Counted from the first letter of the stretch, positions 1 through 10,263 are shown. The stretch: DNA of 39,200 nucleotides from Methanomicrobia archaeon LH_S13 (GCA_023659785.1 JAGXOR010000001.1:1-39200), one strand, 5' to 3'. Numbers and translations: made by a program. Notes: generated by a model not told the origin, from the sequence alone.

Positions 1-54
1 GATAGTATCATAAAGCATAAAGATAAACATTTCGGTACATTTCAGTTAACTATA
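1..54 (+). repeat. 54-bp dispersed repeat, inverted copy at 16020..16073
   Basis: gatagtatcataaagcataaagataaacatttcggtacatttcagttaactata is the exact reverse complement of 16020..16073. Confidence 0.9.
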
Positions 55-57
55 TAT

Positions 58-186
58 TTAGACTCCTCTCTTCTTTACCATGTCAATAAAGACAGAAGAG
101 TCAATGTACTTCATTCTTCAACGCTCCCTCTCCTTCAGAAAATCCTCCACTGTAAGCGAAATCCCTTTCTTCTTTAAAATTTCCAT
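58..186 (-). pseudogene. Degraded vapBC-like toxin-antitoxin relic (antitoxin C-terminal fragment plus PIN toxin N-terminal fragment)
   Basis: 186..118 reads MEILKKKGISLTVEDFLKERER*. 114..58 follows directly and reads MKYIDSSVFIDMVKKRGV*, resembling the PIN-domain first strand (YxDSSV). Confidence 0.45.
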
Positions 187-308
187 CTCTCCACAAACCT
201 GTAAGATTAATCGGCTGTGTTCTTATTACGGTTTGAGCCATCTTTTCTTCTCCTTATTTTTTTCTATTCTATCGCCTCCTTGGCAAATGATACTTTCTCG
301 CATGGCAT

Positions 309-1838
309 TTAAATCCTTAGTTTCCACTGCCATCTTTTCCTCTTCCCTACCAATTTGCTTATCTCATCGCTCGTTACCATCCCGATAACTCTTCTATCCC
401 CGTCTATCACTGGTAACGCGGAGATGTTATATCTCTCCAACTTTCTTATCACCAGCTCCAGAGGCTCCTCCGAATCCGCGGTTATCACCGCCCTTGTCAT
501 TATTTCCGCCAATCCCTCGTGTCGCTTCGCCACTGCCGTTGATATATCCCAGGCTGTTACTATCCCCACAAGTTTGCTCTCTTTTGATATAACAGGAACA
601 TGTGTGAACTGTGCTTCCATAATCAATTTCGCCGCATCTGCTATACTTGCCCTTTCACTTATCGTCTTCACTTCGCGTATCATCACGTCCTTCACCAGTG
701 GCAGCTCCTTCGTCTGTTTCATCGGCTTGCACACGGTATCTGTTGGCAATCGCTCTACGGGCAATGATAATAAAAACTTCCCTACCTCTATTTCACTCTT
801 CAACTCCTCAGCCACTTTCTTCGCCATAAAAAAGCTGGAAAGAGGAGAAGCTGGCACTTCCTTACCTTCTATCTCTATGAGTCCCGATTTTAACTCCTCG
901 TATGTAACTTTCCTCAATACAGGCCTTTCTCGCCTACTAACACCATAATCAAGCACTTCTGTTACAATATCCGCATCATTTATTCCTGTTTTCTTCGCTA
1001 TTCTTTCATTCAGTACCGGTATCGGTATTCCAATACCCACATACAGAGTAACACCATACCCGTAGAAGGAGGCACCTTTGAGAAATTCCACGTTCATCTC
1101 TTTCACGTTTCCTGCAACCATTAATGTTCCAAAGTTGTTAACAGGGCTATGTTGCGTACCGGCTCCTGCTACATATCCACTTGCACCGCAAAGGAAAATC
1201 CTTGTTCCCACCCCTATAGTCTCGAAGTCGGGGTCGTTAAAAAGGGGAGAGAGTGCGCCAGCACCACAATAATTCGCATTTCGATAACTGGGAAGCAGCG
1301 TGCCCATATATGTGTACAGAGTTTTGTCTGTGGAGTTTGTCGCAACTTCATGCCTCTGAGCTGAATTCCTCGGATTTAACATCACCGCCTGATTCAGGTC
1401 TTCAAGCGTAATTGTTGTTTCTAGTTCTTTACGGGGATAGCAATCCGTGCCATAACCGAGAGCCTTCACCTCTATTGGCTTACCAGCCACTAAATCTTCT
1501 ATTACGTATCCTCCACCATATTCCATTCTTTTATCCTCGGATAATTGCGCTGCTCCTAAATAAGCATCTACCGCGGCAATTCCTGTATGTGCTTCTACAT
1601 CGTTAAGCCACACTCGCTGCATTTTTATCGGTGGCTCTGCATGCCCAAAGTTGATAAATACCCCTGAGGAACACATAGGACCAAAAGTCCCCGTGGTTAC
1701 GACATCTACTTCCTTCGCCGCTTCTTCTGTACCCAATTCGCTCACTATCTCGCTCATTCTATCTGCTGTCACTACACGAACACTGCCGTCCTCAATTCTC
1801 TTGTTTATCTCCCCTATGCTTTTTTCTGTCCCCGTCAT
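309..1838 (-). CDS. Homocysteine biosynthesis protein (DUF39 + tandem CBS; L-aspartate semialdehyde sulfurtransferase, MA1821-like)
   Basis: VDVVTTGTFGPMCSSG, YGTDCYPR and TYMGTLLP motifs; two C-terminal CBS domains. Likely start ATG 1838 (MTGTEKS). Confidence 0.9.
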   Translation of the reverse strand: MTGTEKSIGEINKRIEDGSVRVVTADRMSEIVSELGTEEAAKEVDVVTTGTFGPMCSSGVFINFGHAEPPIKMQRVWLNDVEAHTGIAAVDAYLGAAQLSEDKRMEYGGGYVIEDLVAGKPIEVKALGYGTDCYPRKELETTITLEDLNQAVMLNPRNSAQRHEVATNSTDKTLYTYMGTLLPSYRNANYCGAGALSPLFNDPDFETIGVGTRIFLCGASGYVAGAGTQHSPVNNFGTLMVAGNVKEMNVEFLKGASFYGYGVTLYVGIGIPIPVLNERIAKKTGINDADIVTEVLDYGVSRRERPVLRKVTYEELKSGLIEIEGKEVPASPLSSFFMAKKVAEELKSEIEVGKFLLSLPVERLPTDTVCKPMKQTKELPLVKDVMIREVKTISERASIADAAKLIMEAQFTHVPVISKESKLVGIVTAWDISTAVAKRHEGLAEIMTRAVITADSEEPLELVIRKLERYNISALPVIDGDRRVIGMVTSDEISKLVGKRKRWQWKLRI

Positions 1839-1906
1839 TGTTTTTATCTCAGTTATACGTAAAAGATACGAAAGCAAAGTTATAAAATATTATGGTTTTT
1901 GCTCCA

Positions 1907-2470
1907 TCATTTATTCCTTGCCATATCGCACAAATACTTAACCATACATGCGTGTTCAATCGAGCTGAGAATAACAAAGGCTTCGTCTACCGTTGCCCCA
2001 CGAGCAAAAGTGCCGTGACCCTGAACGACAATCCCCTTATGGTCGCGAAGCGCGCGGGCGGCATTTCTCGCCAGTTCTTCCGAACCGATACCACCAGTCA
2101 CCACGGGTATTTCATGCAGAAAATAAATGCTTTCCGAATCTTCAGGCACAATCAGCATCTGCTCGCCGGGCTTGCAAAGCATTGACATCACCACCGCATA
2201 CTTTGAATGCCCATGTAAAATAGCAAGAGCAGATGTGTCCTTGTAAATTGCTCGATGAACGTTTACCTCTGACGAGGCAATCACATCAAGCTCATCCGGC
2301 GATGCGAGGTCTATTGGAACCGTAACAATCTGTCCTTCGAGCTCGTCAAGCATGCTTCCTGTTGTGCTGATAAGCATCTGGTCTCCAACTCGCTTGCTCA
2401 CATTTCCAAAATGCGAATGTACGAGCCCTGCCTCAACTATTTTCCGCCCGTATTTTATTAGTTCTTGCAT
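1907..2470 (-). CDS. Class II aldolase/adducin family protein (FucA-like)
   Basis: GNVS, SSEVNVH, HGH and GHG metal-binding motifs. Confidence 0.9.
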   Translation of the reverse strand: MQELIKYGRKIVEAGLVHSHFGNVSKRVGDQMLISTTGSMLDELEGQIVTVPIDLASPDELDVIASSEVNVHRAIYKDTSALAILHGHSKYAVVMSMLCKPGEQMLIVPEDSESIYFLHEIPVVTGGIGSEELARNAARALRDHKGIVVQGHGTFARGATVDEAFVILSSIEHACMVKYLCDMARNK

Positions 2471-2611
2471 TTCGCATTAGTATTCAGTAAACTTGATAAG
2501 CCCTTTACAAGGTTTTACAAGCTCGCAGAGCCGTGTAGAAGTTTTGACATTTGGATTTAGGATTTTTCACTTTTTATTGAGCATTTTCGTATTATATTAT
2601 TTTATTTTATT

Positions 2612-3241
2612 TTATATTATACCCAACACCGCTTCAATGTTATCAAAGACAAAATCAGGTTTTTCCTTTTCCAATTCCTCTTTTGAGTACATCCCGGTAG
2701 TTAAGCCAATCGTCTTTACGCTTGCCCTTCTGCCCTGGATTATATCGGGTGGTGTATCGCCACAATAGAAAGTTTGAGCCGCCGTAGATTTAAGTAATTC
2801 TATCGCTTCGAGTAAAGGTTCAGGGTCAGGTCTTGCTCTTTCGGTATCCTCTGCGGTGAGTAAAATGTCATAAGAGAACTGAAAAAGCCGTATCATTTCA
2901 TCTGCTGATTCCCTATCCTTTGTCGTTACAATCCCTATTTTTATCCCTTTTTCCCTAATCAGCTCAAGTGTCATTTTCGATTTCGGCAGTTCCTTTATCA
3001 TTGGTTTGAATTTCGTCCTGATAAGGTGGAGGAAGACCGAATCAAACTCAGCCGGGTCTTTATCCGGGTACAAAACCTTGAAAGAGAGCTGACTTGGCAA
3101 ATAGATTGTTTCCTTTATCTCATTATCTGCTGGAATTCTCAAACCCCTTATTCTCGCTGCTTCCTTAACAGAACTCAAAATCGCTGCGGACGAATCAATT
3201 AAAGTGCCATCCATATCAAAAAGACCAGTTTTGAATTTCAT
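2612..3241 (-). CDS. HAD-superfamily hydrolase (phosphoglycolate phosphatase-like)
   Basis: FDMDGTL motif I, IVTTK motif II, RPDPEP and GDTPPD motifs. Confidence 0.9.
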   Translation of the reverse strand: MKFKTGLFDMDGTLIDSSAAILSSVKEAARIRGLRIPADNEIKETIYLPSQLSFKVLYPDKDPAEFDSVFLHLIRTKFKPMIKELPKSKMTLELIREKGIKIGIVTTKDRESADEMIRLFQFSYDILLTAEDTERARPDPEPLLEAIELLKSTAAQTFYCGDTPPDIIQGRRASVKTIGLTTGMYSKEELEKEKPDFVFDNIEAVLGII

Positions 3242-3246
3242 TCTTT

Positions 3247-3699
3247 TTATGACTTCTCCTTCTTATCCACTATTATCTCCTCTATCCGCGTATGTGGGTA
3301 ATTTCCCGTTTCGTCCTTCTCCTCCGACTTTACCATGTCCCAAATTGTCAGCAATGCCACAGATAGCCCATGCAGTGTATCCATCTCTACACCTGTCTTT
3401 CCAACTGATTTCACAGATACTGCTGCTTTTATATCTCCTTCGCCTATCGAAAAATCAACGTTTACAGCTTCGATACTTATAGGATGGCATAAGGGGATCA
3501 TATCCGGGGTTTTTTTCACCGCCAATATCGCTGCTGTCTCTGCACATCCAAACACATCTCCTTTCTTTATAGTCCCCTTTTTAATTTTCTCCACGGTACT
3601 GCTTTTTAATTTTATTCTGCCAGAAGCCACTGCTATTCGCTCAACATCTCCTTTCTCGCTTATATCCACCATGATCATGCTTACGCCATGTTTATTCAT
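3247..3699 (-). CDS. moaC: Cyclic pyranopterin monophosphate synthase MoaC
   Basis: MVDISEK, KKGDV, IPLCHP, KTGVEM and IWDMVKS motifs. Start may be 3678. Confidence 0.95.
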   Translation of the reverse strand: MNKHGVSMIMVDISEKGDVERIAVASGRIKLKSSTVEKIKKGTIKKGDVFGCAETAAILAVKKTPDMIPLCHPISIEAVNVDFSIGEGDIKAAVSVKSVGKTGVEMDTLHGLSVALLTIWDMVKSEEKDETGNYPHTRIEEIIVDKKEKS

Positions 3700-3747
3700 T
3701 GCTTATACATCATATTTTGTATTTTTGTATAAATAAAATAGTTATTC

Positions 3748-4015
3748 CAGAAGATAAGCAAGAAAGCCTCAGCGCTTTAGCCTGAGGATGAATTGCGCTT
3801 ATAATTGTATGTGCATACTTTTTATGTCTATCAATTCCTTTTTATACTAACAAATCTTATATTATATTATATTAAGCATATGGAAATACAAAACACCGCG
3901 AAGGGATATAGAAGTGGGATAAAGCTAGAGAAGTTGAAAGGGATAAGAAAAAGAGCAAGCCTTAGAAGAACGTTTCGATATTCCTTGCACAGCTGGTCGT
4001 TCTATCAACTGCAAG
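3748..4015 (+). mobile_element. IS200/IS605-family relic: left-end hairpin plus internally deleted tnpB fragment
   Basis: cagaagataagcaagaaagcctcagcgctttagcctgaggatgaattgcg matches 9779 onward. The fragment GIKLEKLKGIRK...YSLHSWSFYQLQ is a TnpB RuvC-II region and matches about 10010-10108. Confidence 0.85.
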
Positions 4016-5408
4016 TTTCCTTCCCACCTAACATCTCCTTCACCCTATCTCTCTTATAAATTGCCTCCCTAATTGCATTATCCACCTTCCTCTTCATCTC
4101 TTCAAAATCGCCACCCGATTCTCCTACAACCTTCTTTACCGGCGTGTAAGCCGACTCTCGAAACTTAGGAACAAACTCCTTCTTTTCTCCATCCACAATG
4201 ATCTCTGCACCCCTCCCCTCTTCTACATTGCCAATTTCTTCTATTCTCACTCCTTCACTCCTTACAACTTTCTTCACATCTTCCGCAACGGCTTCCGGAC
4301 AAATAATTAGAAGAGCATCTAAAGAGACACCTAAATAGTCTATCCCATGCCGCTCCAGCATCTCAAGCACGTGCTCATTCACCAAACTCCTTATTCGTTC
4401 TTCATAAAAAACGAGTTTCAAAGCTGCTACCTTTGCAATCTCATTTGCATCTCCGCGAATTCCTCCATTCGTAACGTCTGTCATGACATGAACCTTTCTT
4501 ACCATGTCTTCTTCGATAATAGTATTACAAGCATCCAAAAATTTTATGTTCAACGTTTCTTTCACAACTTCGTATTCACCATAATACAAAGCGGCGGTGG
4601 ATATTGTGCCGCCGCCTGCGCCTTCAGTCATCAATATTACATCTCCTTCTTTTGCCCCTCCCCTAGACACAACAGCTTCAGCCACGCCAACCGCACCAAC
4701 GCAGCCCGTCATTCGTTCCCCTATTACTACGTCACCACCTATTCTCAATGTCGAGCCCGTTACGAGAGGAACACCAGTAGCGTCTGATACGGCTGAAATC
4801 CCGGCAATATGGTCAAATATCTTCGCAACGTCGCCATCGTCGGCAACGTGAATGTCCGACAGCAGTGCAATCGGTGCAGCTCCCATCACATACACGTCAC
4901 GAAGAGCTGCACGTGCAACGTGAAACCCCGCGAGAAAAGGAAAATCACTCAGCCTCGAATGCATTCCATCCACGGTTACGACCACAAATTTACCTTTATT
5001 GTTACCTGCGCCCTTACTCTTTCCTTCACTTAGAAAACGCACTACTCCGGAATCACTTAAGCTTGACGAGTCAACCACTGCACTAGTCGCACCTATTATC
5101 TCTCCTATTTTCTCATGAGCGTAAAAATCACCCAAGCCTCTCGACCCTACTCCGAACTCGCCCATTCTCACGCCTGATTTTATTTCCGTGAGAAGGCCAA
5201 TCAAAAACTCGTCTTTGCTTTTACCTTTATCTTTTAAATCAATCGTTCTTTTCGCTTCCTCTAATATCGCCTTAGAAAGTGCCTCAGCATCTTCCTTTCT
5301 TATACGAATGCGCTTTATCTCTATAATGCGACTGCACATCTCAGCGATTATTTCTTCTTCTCCTGCACCTTCTCTTAACTTCCTCTTTGCAAATCCCTCA
5401 AGGTCCAT
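4005..5408 (-). CDS. AIR synthase-related (PurM-like) protein
   Basis: GVGSRGLGDFYAH, VDGMHSRLSDFPFLAGFHV and MTDVTNGGIRGDA motifs of the archaeal PurM-like family. Confidence 0.9.
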   Translation of the reverse strand: MDLEGFAKRKLREGAGEEEIIAEMCSRIIEIKRIRIRKEDAEALSKAILEEAKRTIDLKDKGKSKDEFLIGLLTEIKSGVRMGEFGVGSRGLGDFYAHEKIGEIIGATSAVVDSSSLSDSGVVRFLSEGKSKGAGNNKGKFVVVTVDGMHSRLSDFPFLAGFHVARAALRDVYVMGAAPIALLSDIHVADDGDVAKIFDHIAGISAVSDATGVPLVTGSTLRIGGDVVIGERMTGCVGAVGVAEAVVSRGGAKEGDVILMTEGAGGGTISTAALYYGEYEVVKETLNIKFLDACNTIIEEDMVRKVHVMTDVTNGGIRGDANEIAKVAALKLVFYEERIRSLVNEHVLEMLERHGIDYLGVSLDALLIICPEAVAEDVKKVVRSEGVRIEEIGNVEEGRGAEIIVDGEKKEFVPKFRESAYTPVKKVVGESGGDFEEMKRKVDNAIREAIYKRDRVKEMLGGKETCS

Positions 5409-5490
5409 TTTTCATGCTTCCTTTATTTCTATTTAATGAGTTTGAAAATAAAATCCAAAATTCCTACGACTGGGGAAGCTTTCGGGCTTA

Positions 5491-5850
5491 TATGCCAAGG
5501 AATACCCGTTCATATTGACAACAGGGACAAAATTGGAGATGTACACACACTCCATGATGCGTAACATTCCTTCGCTAAGCGAGCAATTCCCAGATAATCT
5601 ATTGGAAATCAATCCAGAAACAGCAACAAAAATTGGTATTGAGGACAGTGATATCGTAAGCGTTGAATCGCCAAGAGGTAGGATCGAGTGTTCAGCTAAA
5701 GTAACAGATTGCATCGATCCACGAGTTGTCGGTTTGTATCATGGATTTGCAAAGAGTAATTGTAACGTCTTAATATTGATGTCACGCTTCGTTCACGACT
5801 CTGCGGTTGCTTCGCAACAGGCTTTGCTTTCGGGATCGGAACGAGTGTGA
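5491..5850 (+). pseudogene. Orphan molybdopterin-dinucleotide-binding domain (C-terminal fragment of a Mo/W-bisPGD oxidoreductase)
   Basis: YAKEYPFILTTGTKLEMYTHS...EINPETATKIGIEDSDIVSVESPRG...HGF...NCNVL. No catalytic N-terminal part and no good start codon. Confidence 0.75.
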
Positions 5851-6048
5851 TAAGCGGGCTTTATCCTGCATAGAGAGCATCAATGCTGAAACCGATAGAA
5901 GCACGGAGGTAGGAATGATGAAGTGAAAGATTTTTGGTTTGAGCAACATCCCGAGACGAGAAAGTTTTATTTTCTCTGTTCTACATATATAAAAGACTTA
6001 GCATGAAAAATAGAAAAGCTTATATTTACCTATTATAAACATGTGCAT

Positions 6049-6171
6049 ATGGATAATACAATGATGAGAGTATCTAAGGAAACGAGAGATATGCTAAAAG
6101 AGATAGGGAAGAAGGGGGAGACCTATGATGATATTATCAGGAGGCTAATAGAGATAGAGAAATGCAAATAA
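6049..6171 (+). CDS. Small ribbon-helix-helix/antitoxin-like DNA-binding protein (40 aa) overlapping the tnpB start
   Basis: MDNTMMRVSKETRDMLKEIGKKGETYDDIIRRLIEIEKCK, with the RHH-like ETYDDIIRRLI motif. TATA-like ttatattt upstream. Below the ORF-track cutoff. Confidence 0.75.
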   Translation: MDNTMMRVSKETRDMLKEIGKKGETYDDIIRRLIEIEKCK

Positions 6172-6796
6172 CCTATAAGTTTCGGCTGTACCCGAAGAAG
6201 GAAGACGAAAAGAAGTTGCTATCGGTGTTAGAGATATGCAGGTTGCTCTACAACTCCTTTTTAGCTATCTGGAATGACAGCGAGAAGGTTCCTTCCAGGT
6301 ATAAGTTGCAGGCGATGTTGCCCACGATGAAGGAAGAGCATGAAGGACTGAAAAAGGTGAACTCAAAAACTCTACAAATGGTTCTGTTTATGCTGTATAA
6401 TAATCTAAAAGAAAATTTCGGCGATAACGAGGACAATAGAGAAGGTTATGCGATTAGCTAAGTTACATCAACGATTGGCAAATCAACGAGATGACTTCCT
6501 ACACAAGCTGTCACGATTCTATGTTGATAACTACGACTTGATAGCGATTGAGGATTTGAACATAAAAGGGATGGCGAAGAATCATTGGCTTGCACAGTCA
6601 ATTTTAGATGCTTCATGGAGTAAGTTCTTTGGTAGGGATTATAACGCCTCGCTGAATATACTGGAGCGAGGTATGGTGGGGCAGGGACTGCCCCTTTGTG
6701 CCTTCTGAGGTGGAACCGCTACGGGAGTTGATACCAATTTCCGCAAGTTCTATCGTTGAAGTAGGGAGTCCCTTGCGATAGCTATGGGTAGTTCAC
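6162..6796 (+). mobile_element. tnpB: IS200/IS605 (IS1341-type) tnpB pseudogene with intact right end/omegaRNA region
   Basis: N-terminal TYKFRLYP HTH, QRDDFLHKLSR, IAIEDL and RDYNASLNI, with internal deletions and a frameshift. Ends with a hairpin and ...gtagttcac at 6796. Confidence 0.9.
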
Positions 6797-6802
6797 GTAA
6801 AG

Positions 6803-7750
6803 ATGGAACTGAACGAGTTATTAGGAATAGAGGATTTTATGCTGGTAGAACAGAGCTATGCCGCTCTAAAAGAGATAGGCAGAACGCTTGAATATCTTGG
6901 TAAGGTCAAAGAAGGGGACGTGACAGAATCAATAAGAATACTTACAGAAACCAGGATCAAAGGTAAAAATAAAGAGCTGATTGGCATTGCCATACAGGAT
7001 AAAGACCTGGGCTTCTGGATTATCTTCACGGATTTTATCTCAAACAAGAGAAGTAAGGAAGAATTTGAGGTGCTTGCAAACAGGATAAAAGGCGCTAAGG
7101 AAAGAGAAGTAGAAGTGGAACGGGAGAAATTTCGTGAGGGAGTGATTGAATTTTATTCTGTCGGGTTAGTAAACGGACTATTTTACAATTGTGTTTCCGA
7201 TTTAAATTTAGAAGGTGCGAGTTTCTATCCGAGGCAAAGGACAGAGGCATTAAAAAAAGTACTGGATGAATTTGTAAGCGAGAATGATTTAGAAAAAGAC
7301 AGGAGGGGTAAGAAAACACTTGAGATTGGATGTGGCGATGGAGGTGCAACAATTGCACTGCACGAATCAGGCATTTTCCCTTTTACTGTGGACATAAACG
7401 AATGTGAAATTTGCAAAGGGTTAGAAGAAGGGGTGTTGGAGCCTACGCGCAGCATTGTATTGGATTGCTCCGTACTGTCAACCTTTTTTGGTAAAGAATT
7501 TGACGTTGTCTTTGGGTTTATGATTGGTAAACTCACACCTTTTAATAGATTTGAGTGGGAAAGGGTGCTAAGAGAGGTTCATAATGTATTGAAAAGTAGT
7601 GGTAAAGTGCTGTTTACGGTTTCGAGTGAGGAGGAAGCAGTAATGGTAAAAGAGATATTAAAAGACGAATTCGAGGGAAAACTAAAAGAGAATAAAGAGA
7701 GTGAGGGTTATCTCGACCATTGGATGTATACTGGTTCTCTTTCTTCGTAA
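6803..7750 (+). CDS. Class I SAM-dependent methyltransferase
   Basis: LEIGCGDG motif I, FDVV, and LREVHNVLKSSGKVLF post-II/III motif. Confidence 0.8.
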   Translation: MELNELLGIEDFMLVEQSYAALKEIGRTLEYLGKVKEGDVTESIRILTETRIKGKNKELIGIAIQDKDLGFWIIFTDFISNKRSKEEFEVLANRIKGAKEREVEVEREKFREGVIEFYSVGLVNGLFYNCVSDLNLEGASFYPRQRTEALKKVLDEFVSENDLEKDRRGKKTLEIGCGDGGATIALHESGIFPFTVDINECEICKGLEEGVLEPTRSIVLDCSVLSTFFGKEFDVVFGFMIGKLTPFNRFEWERVLREVHNVLKSSGKVLFTVSSEEEAVMVKEILKDEFEGKLKENKESEGYLDHWMYTGSLSS

Positions 7751-7772
7751 TTCCTAAAGTACAACGAGGAAA

Positions 7773-8699
7773 ATGAAATCCAAGTTTATCGGTGCTTTAA
7801 TAGGCACTGCCGTTGGAGACGCATCCGGTGCTCTACTGGAAGGCTATAGCATGGATGAAGTCAATTCGGTGAAGGGGGGGAGCGATACGTGGGAAATGAT
7901 TTCTGGTCGTTACACAGACGATACGGAGATGATGAAAGGAGTTGCAGAATCTTTAATAGAGAATAAGGGTTTCAATGGAGAGCACATGGCAACGAGGTTT
8001 ATTGAGAATTACGACCCGAGAAGAGGATATGGTCCCGGGACTAGAGAAGCATTGAGAAGGATAAGCAAGGGTGAGAGCTGGAAAGAGACGTCGAAAAAGC
8101 TATTTGGTGGAAAAGGTTCGTATGGAAATGGAGCTGCAATGCGGATTGCTCCCGTAGGTCTTTTTTATTACGATGATGCAGATAAGCTAAGAGAAATAGC
8201 CTATAAATCAAGCCATATCACGCATTACCACGAGCTTGGTAAAGAAGGAGCAGCTTTGCAGGCTTTCTCTATCGCTTTGGCTGTATCGGGAACTAAAAAG
8301 GAAGACATGCTGCTCAAATTGAAAAGATTTATCAAGAGCGAGATATATAAGGAAAAGGTAAGAAAGCTGGAAGCGGTTTTGGATAAAGAAGCGACTAAAA
8401 AAGAGGTAAATTCCGAATTGGGGAATGGAGAAGCAGCTTTTAACTCGGTGCCAACTGCAATTTACTCTTTTCTTCGTGCCGACAGCTTTAAGGACGCTGT
8501 TGTTTATGCAGTAAGCCTGGGTGGCGATACTGACACCATAGGTGCGATGACGGGTGCAATAAGCGGTGCTTATTACGGCGAGGGAGGAATTCCAAAACGG
8601 TGGGAGGAGAAATTGGAGGAGGGGAAAGGGAAAAAGGGTAGAAGTTATATAAGGTGGTTAGGAGAAGAGTTGTATCGCGTTAAGGTTTTTATCTCTTAA
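7773..8699 (+). CDS. ADP-ribosylglycohydrolase family protein (DraG/ARH-like)
   Basis: AVGDA, YTDDTEM, SYGNGAAMRIAP and GGDTDT motifs. Confidence 0.95.
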   Translation: MKSKFIGALIGTAVGDASGALLEGYSMDEVNSVKGGSDTWEMISGRYTDDTEMMKGVAESLIENKGFNGEHMATRFIENYDPRRGYGPGTREALRRISKGESWKETSKKLFGGKGSYGNGAAMRIAPVGLFYYDDADKLREIAYKSSHITHYHELGKEGAALQAFSIALAVSGTKKEDMLLKLKRFIKSEIYKEKVRKLEAVLDKEATKKEVNSELGNGEAAFNSVPTAIYSFLRADSFKDAVVYAVSLGGDTDTIGAMTGAISGAYYGEGGIPKRWEEKLEEGKGKKGRSYIRWLGEELYRVKVFIS

Positions 8700-8726
8700 A
8701 AATAACTCATATTATAATAATTAAAT

Positions 8727-8799
8727 AGCCCGGTAGTGTAGGGGTCAATCATCCGAGGCCCTGGACCTCGTGACGACGGTTCGAATCCGTCCCGGGCTA
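8727..8799 (+). tRNA. tRNA-Gln (anticodon CTG)
   Basis: Acceptor stem AGCCCGG/CCGGGCT with discriminator A. Anticodon stem CGAGG/CCTCG around loop CCCTGGA. T-loop GGTTCGAATCC. AT-rich promoter upstream. Confidence 0.93.
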
Positions 8800-8807
8800 T
8801 TTGAAAG

Positions 8808-9788
8808 ATGAAAGAACCGAAAAAAAGAGAAGAAGGAGAAAAAGAGACATTAATAGACGATTACGGTAGAAAGATAAGAAGTTTGAGGTTATCCATCACG
8901 AATCGTTGTAACTTGAATTGCATCTATTGCCATCATGAAGGGGAAGGGAAAAGAGAGGAAAGAGATAAAGATAGAAAAGAAATAAGTGCTGAGCTTATTA
9001 TAGAAATAGCAAGAATTGCATCCGTTTATTTTAATGTAAGGAGAATAAAATTTTCAGGTGGCGAGCCTTTGATGCGAGATGACCTTGTGGACATAGTTCA
9101 AGGTATGAGGATTTTTGAAGATAACATCTCGGTAACTACAAATGGCGTATTATTAAAGAAATATGCAGTTGAACTTGCAGATGCGGGTTTGAACAGGGTG
9201 AACGTCAGCTTAGATTCGCTTAAAGAGGAAAAATATGATTTTATCACGTCTTCAAGAAACAATCTCCCCAGGGTGATTGATGGCACATATAGTGCAATTG
9301 ATGCCGGTCTTACGCCGGTCAAGCTGAATATGGTTCTTCTGAGAGGAATAAACGAGGATGAGATAGTTGGCATGATGGATTTTGTGCGTGAGTGCAATAA
9401 AAGGGGAGGAGAGGAAATGGCAATCCTGCAATTAATAGAATTGATTCCTTCTTTTGGCGCAGAGCCCAACAGTATGTTAAATTACAAAGTAGATCTTCAA
9501 AAGGTAGAAGCAGGACTCAAATCAAAAGCCTCAGCGATAAAAACGAGGAGGTTGCAGCACAGGAGAAAATATTTTATTGATGGTGTGGAAGTAGAGGTTG
9601 TTCATCCGATAGATAACACGGAGTTCTGTGCAAATTGCTCCCGGTTAAGAATAACGTCTGATGGAAAGATAAAGCCGTGTTTGCTTAGAAATGATAATCT
9701 CGTTCCCATAGATAGCATGGATGAAACATATATAATAAACAAATTGAAGCTGGCGATGCGGCATAGAAAGCCGTTTTACAGAAGATAA
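8808..9788 (+). CDS. moaA: GTP 3',8-cyclase MoaA (radical SAM)
   Basis: CNLNCIYCHHEG, SGGEPL and FCANCSRLRITSDGKIKPCL motifs. Confidence 0.95.
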   Translation: MKEPKKREEGEKETLIDDYGRKIRSLRLSITNRCNLNCIYCHHEGEGKREERDKDRKEISAELIIEIARIASVYFNVRRIKFSGGEPLMRDDLVDIVQGMRIFEDNISVTTNGVLLKKYAVELADAGLNRVNVSLDSLKEEKYDFITSSRNNLPRVIDGTYSAIDAGLTPVKLNMVLLRGINEDEIVGMMDFVRECNKRGGEEMAILQLIELIPSFGAEPNSMLNYKVDLQKVEAGLKSKASAIKTRRLQHRRKYFIDGVEVEVVHPIDNTEFCANCSRLRITSDGKIKPCLLRNDNLVPIDSMDETYIINKLKLAMRHRKPFYRR

Positions 9789-10263
9789 GCAAGAAAGCCT
9801 CAGCGCTTTAACCTGAGGATGAATTGCGCTTATAATTGTATGTGCATATTTTTGTGCATAAAAAATACAAGAACATCAGGAGGCGGATGCAAAAAGCAGG
9901 TAAATATAGCGTGGTGAAACGTTTGAAAAGACGTGAGAGCAGGATAGTAAGGGATTTAAACCACAAGATAAGTCGTAAAATAGTGAATACGGCGAAAGAA
10001 GAGGGCAGCGGGATAAAGTTAGAGAAGTTGAAAGGGATAAGGAAAATGGCAAGCCTTAGAAGAGCATTTCGATATTCCTTGCACAGCTGGTCGTTCTATC
10101 AACTGCAAGACATGATAGAATACAAAGCCAGGCTGCTTGGCATAGATCAATTCGTTGTAGACAGAGATGTAACGAAGGGGAGCACTGATACCCCCAGAGC
10201 GGCAATGGTGGGGGATGCCACTAACCACAGAACCCCCTATGCTTTAGCTTGGGGAGTATGTCA
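9779..10263 (+). mobile_element. Non-autonomous IS200/IS605 deletion derivative with both ends and residual tnpB
   Basis: Left-end hairpin shared with 3748. TnpB fragments DLNHKISRKIV and WSFYQLQDMIEYKA. Right-end hairpin gaaccccctatgctttagcttggggagtatgtca. Confidence 0.85.

Noticed and set aside
7773..8699. ADP-ribosylation-based defence or toxin-antitoxin system
   Set aside because: No adjacent ADP-ribosyltransferase or other defence gene; it looks like a stand-alone housekeeping hydrolase.
8727..10263. tRNA as an integration site
   Set aside because: moaA follows directly and I found no duplicated tRNA 3' end or integrase.
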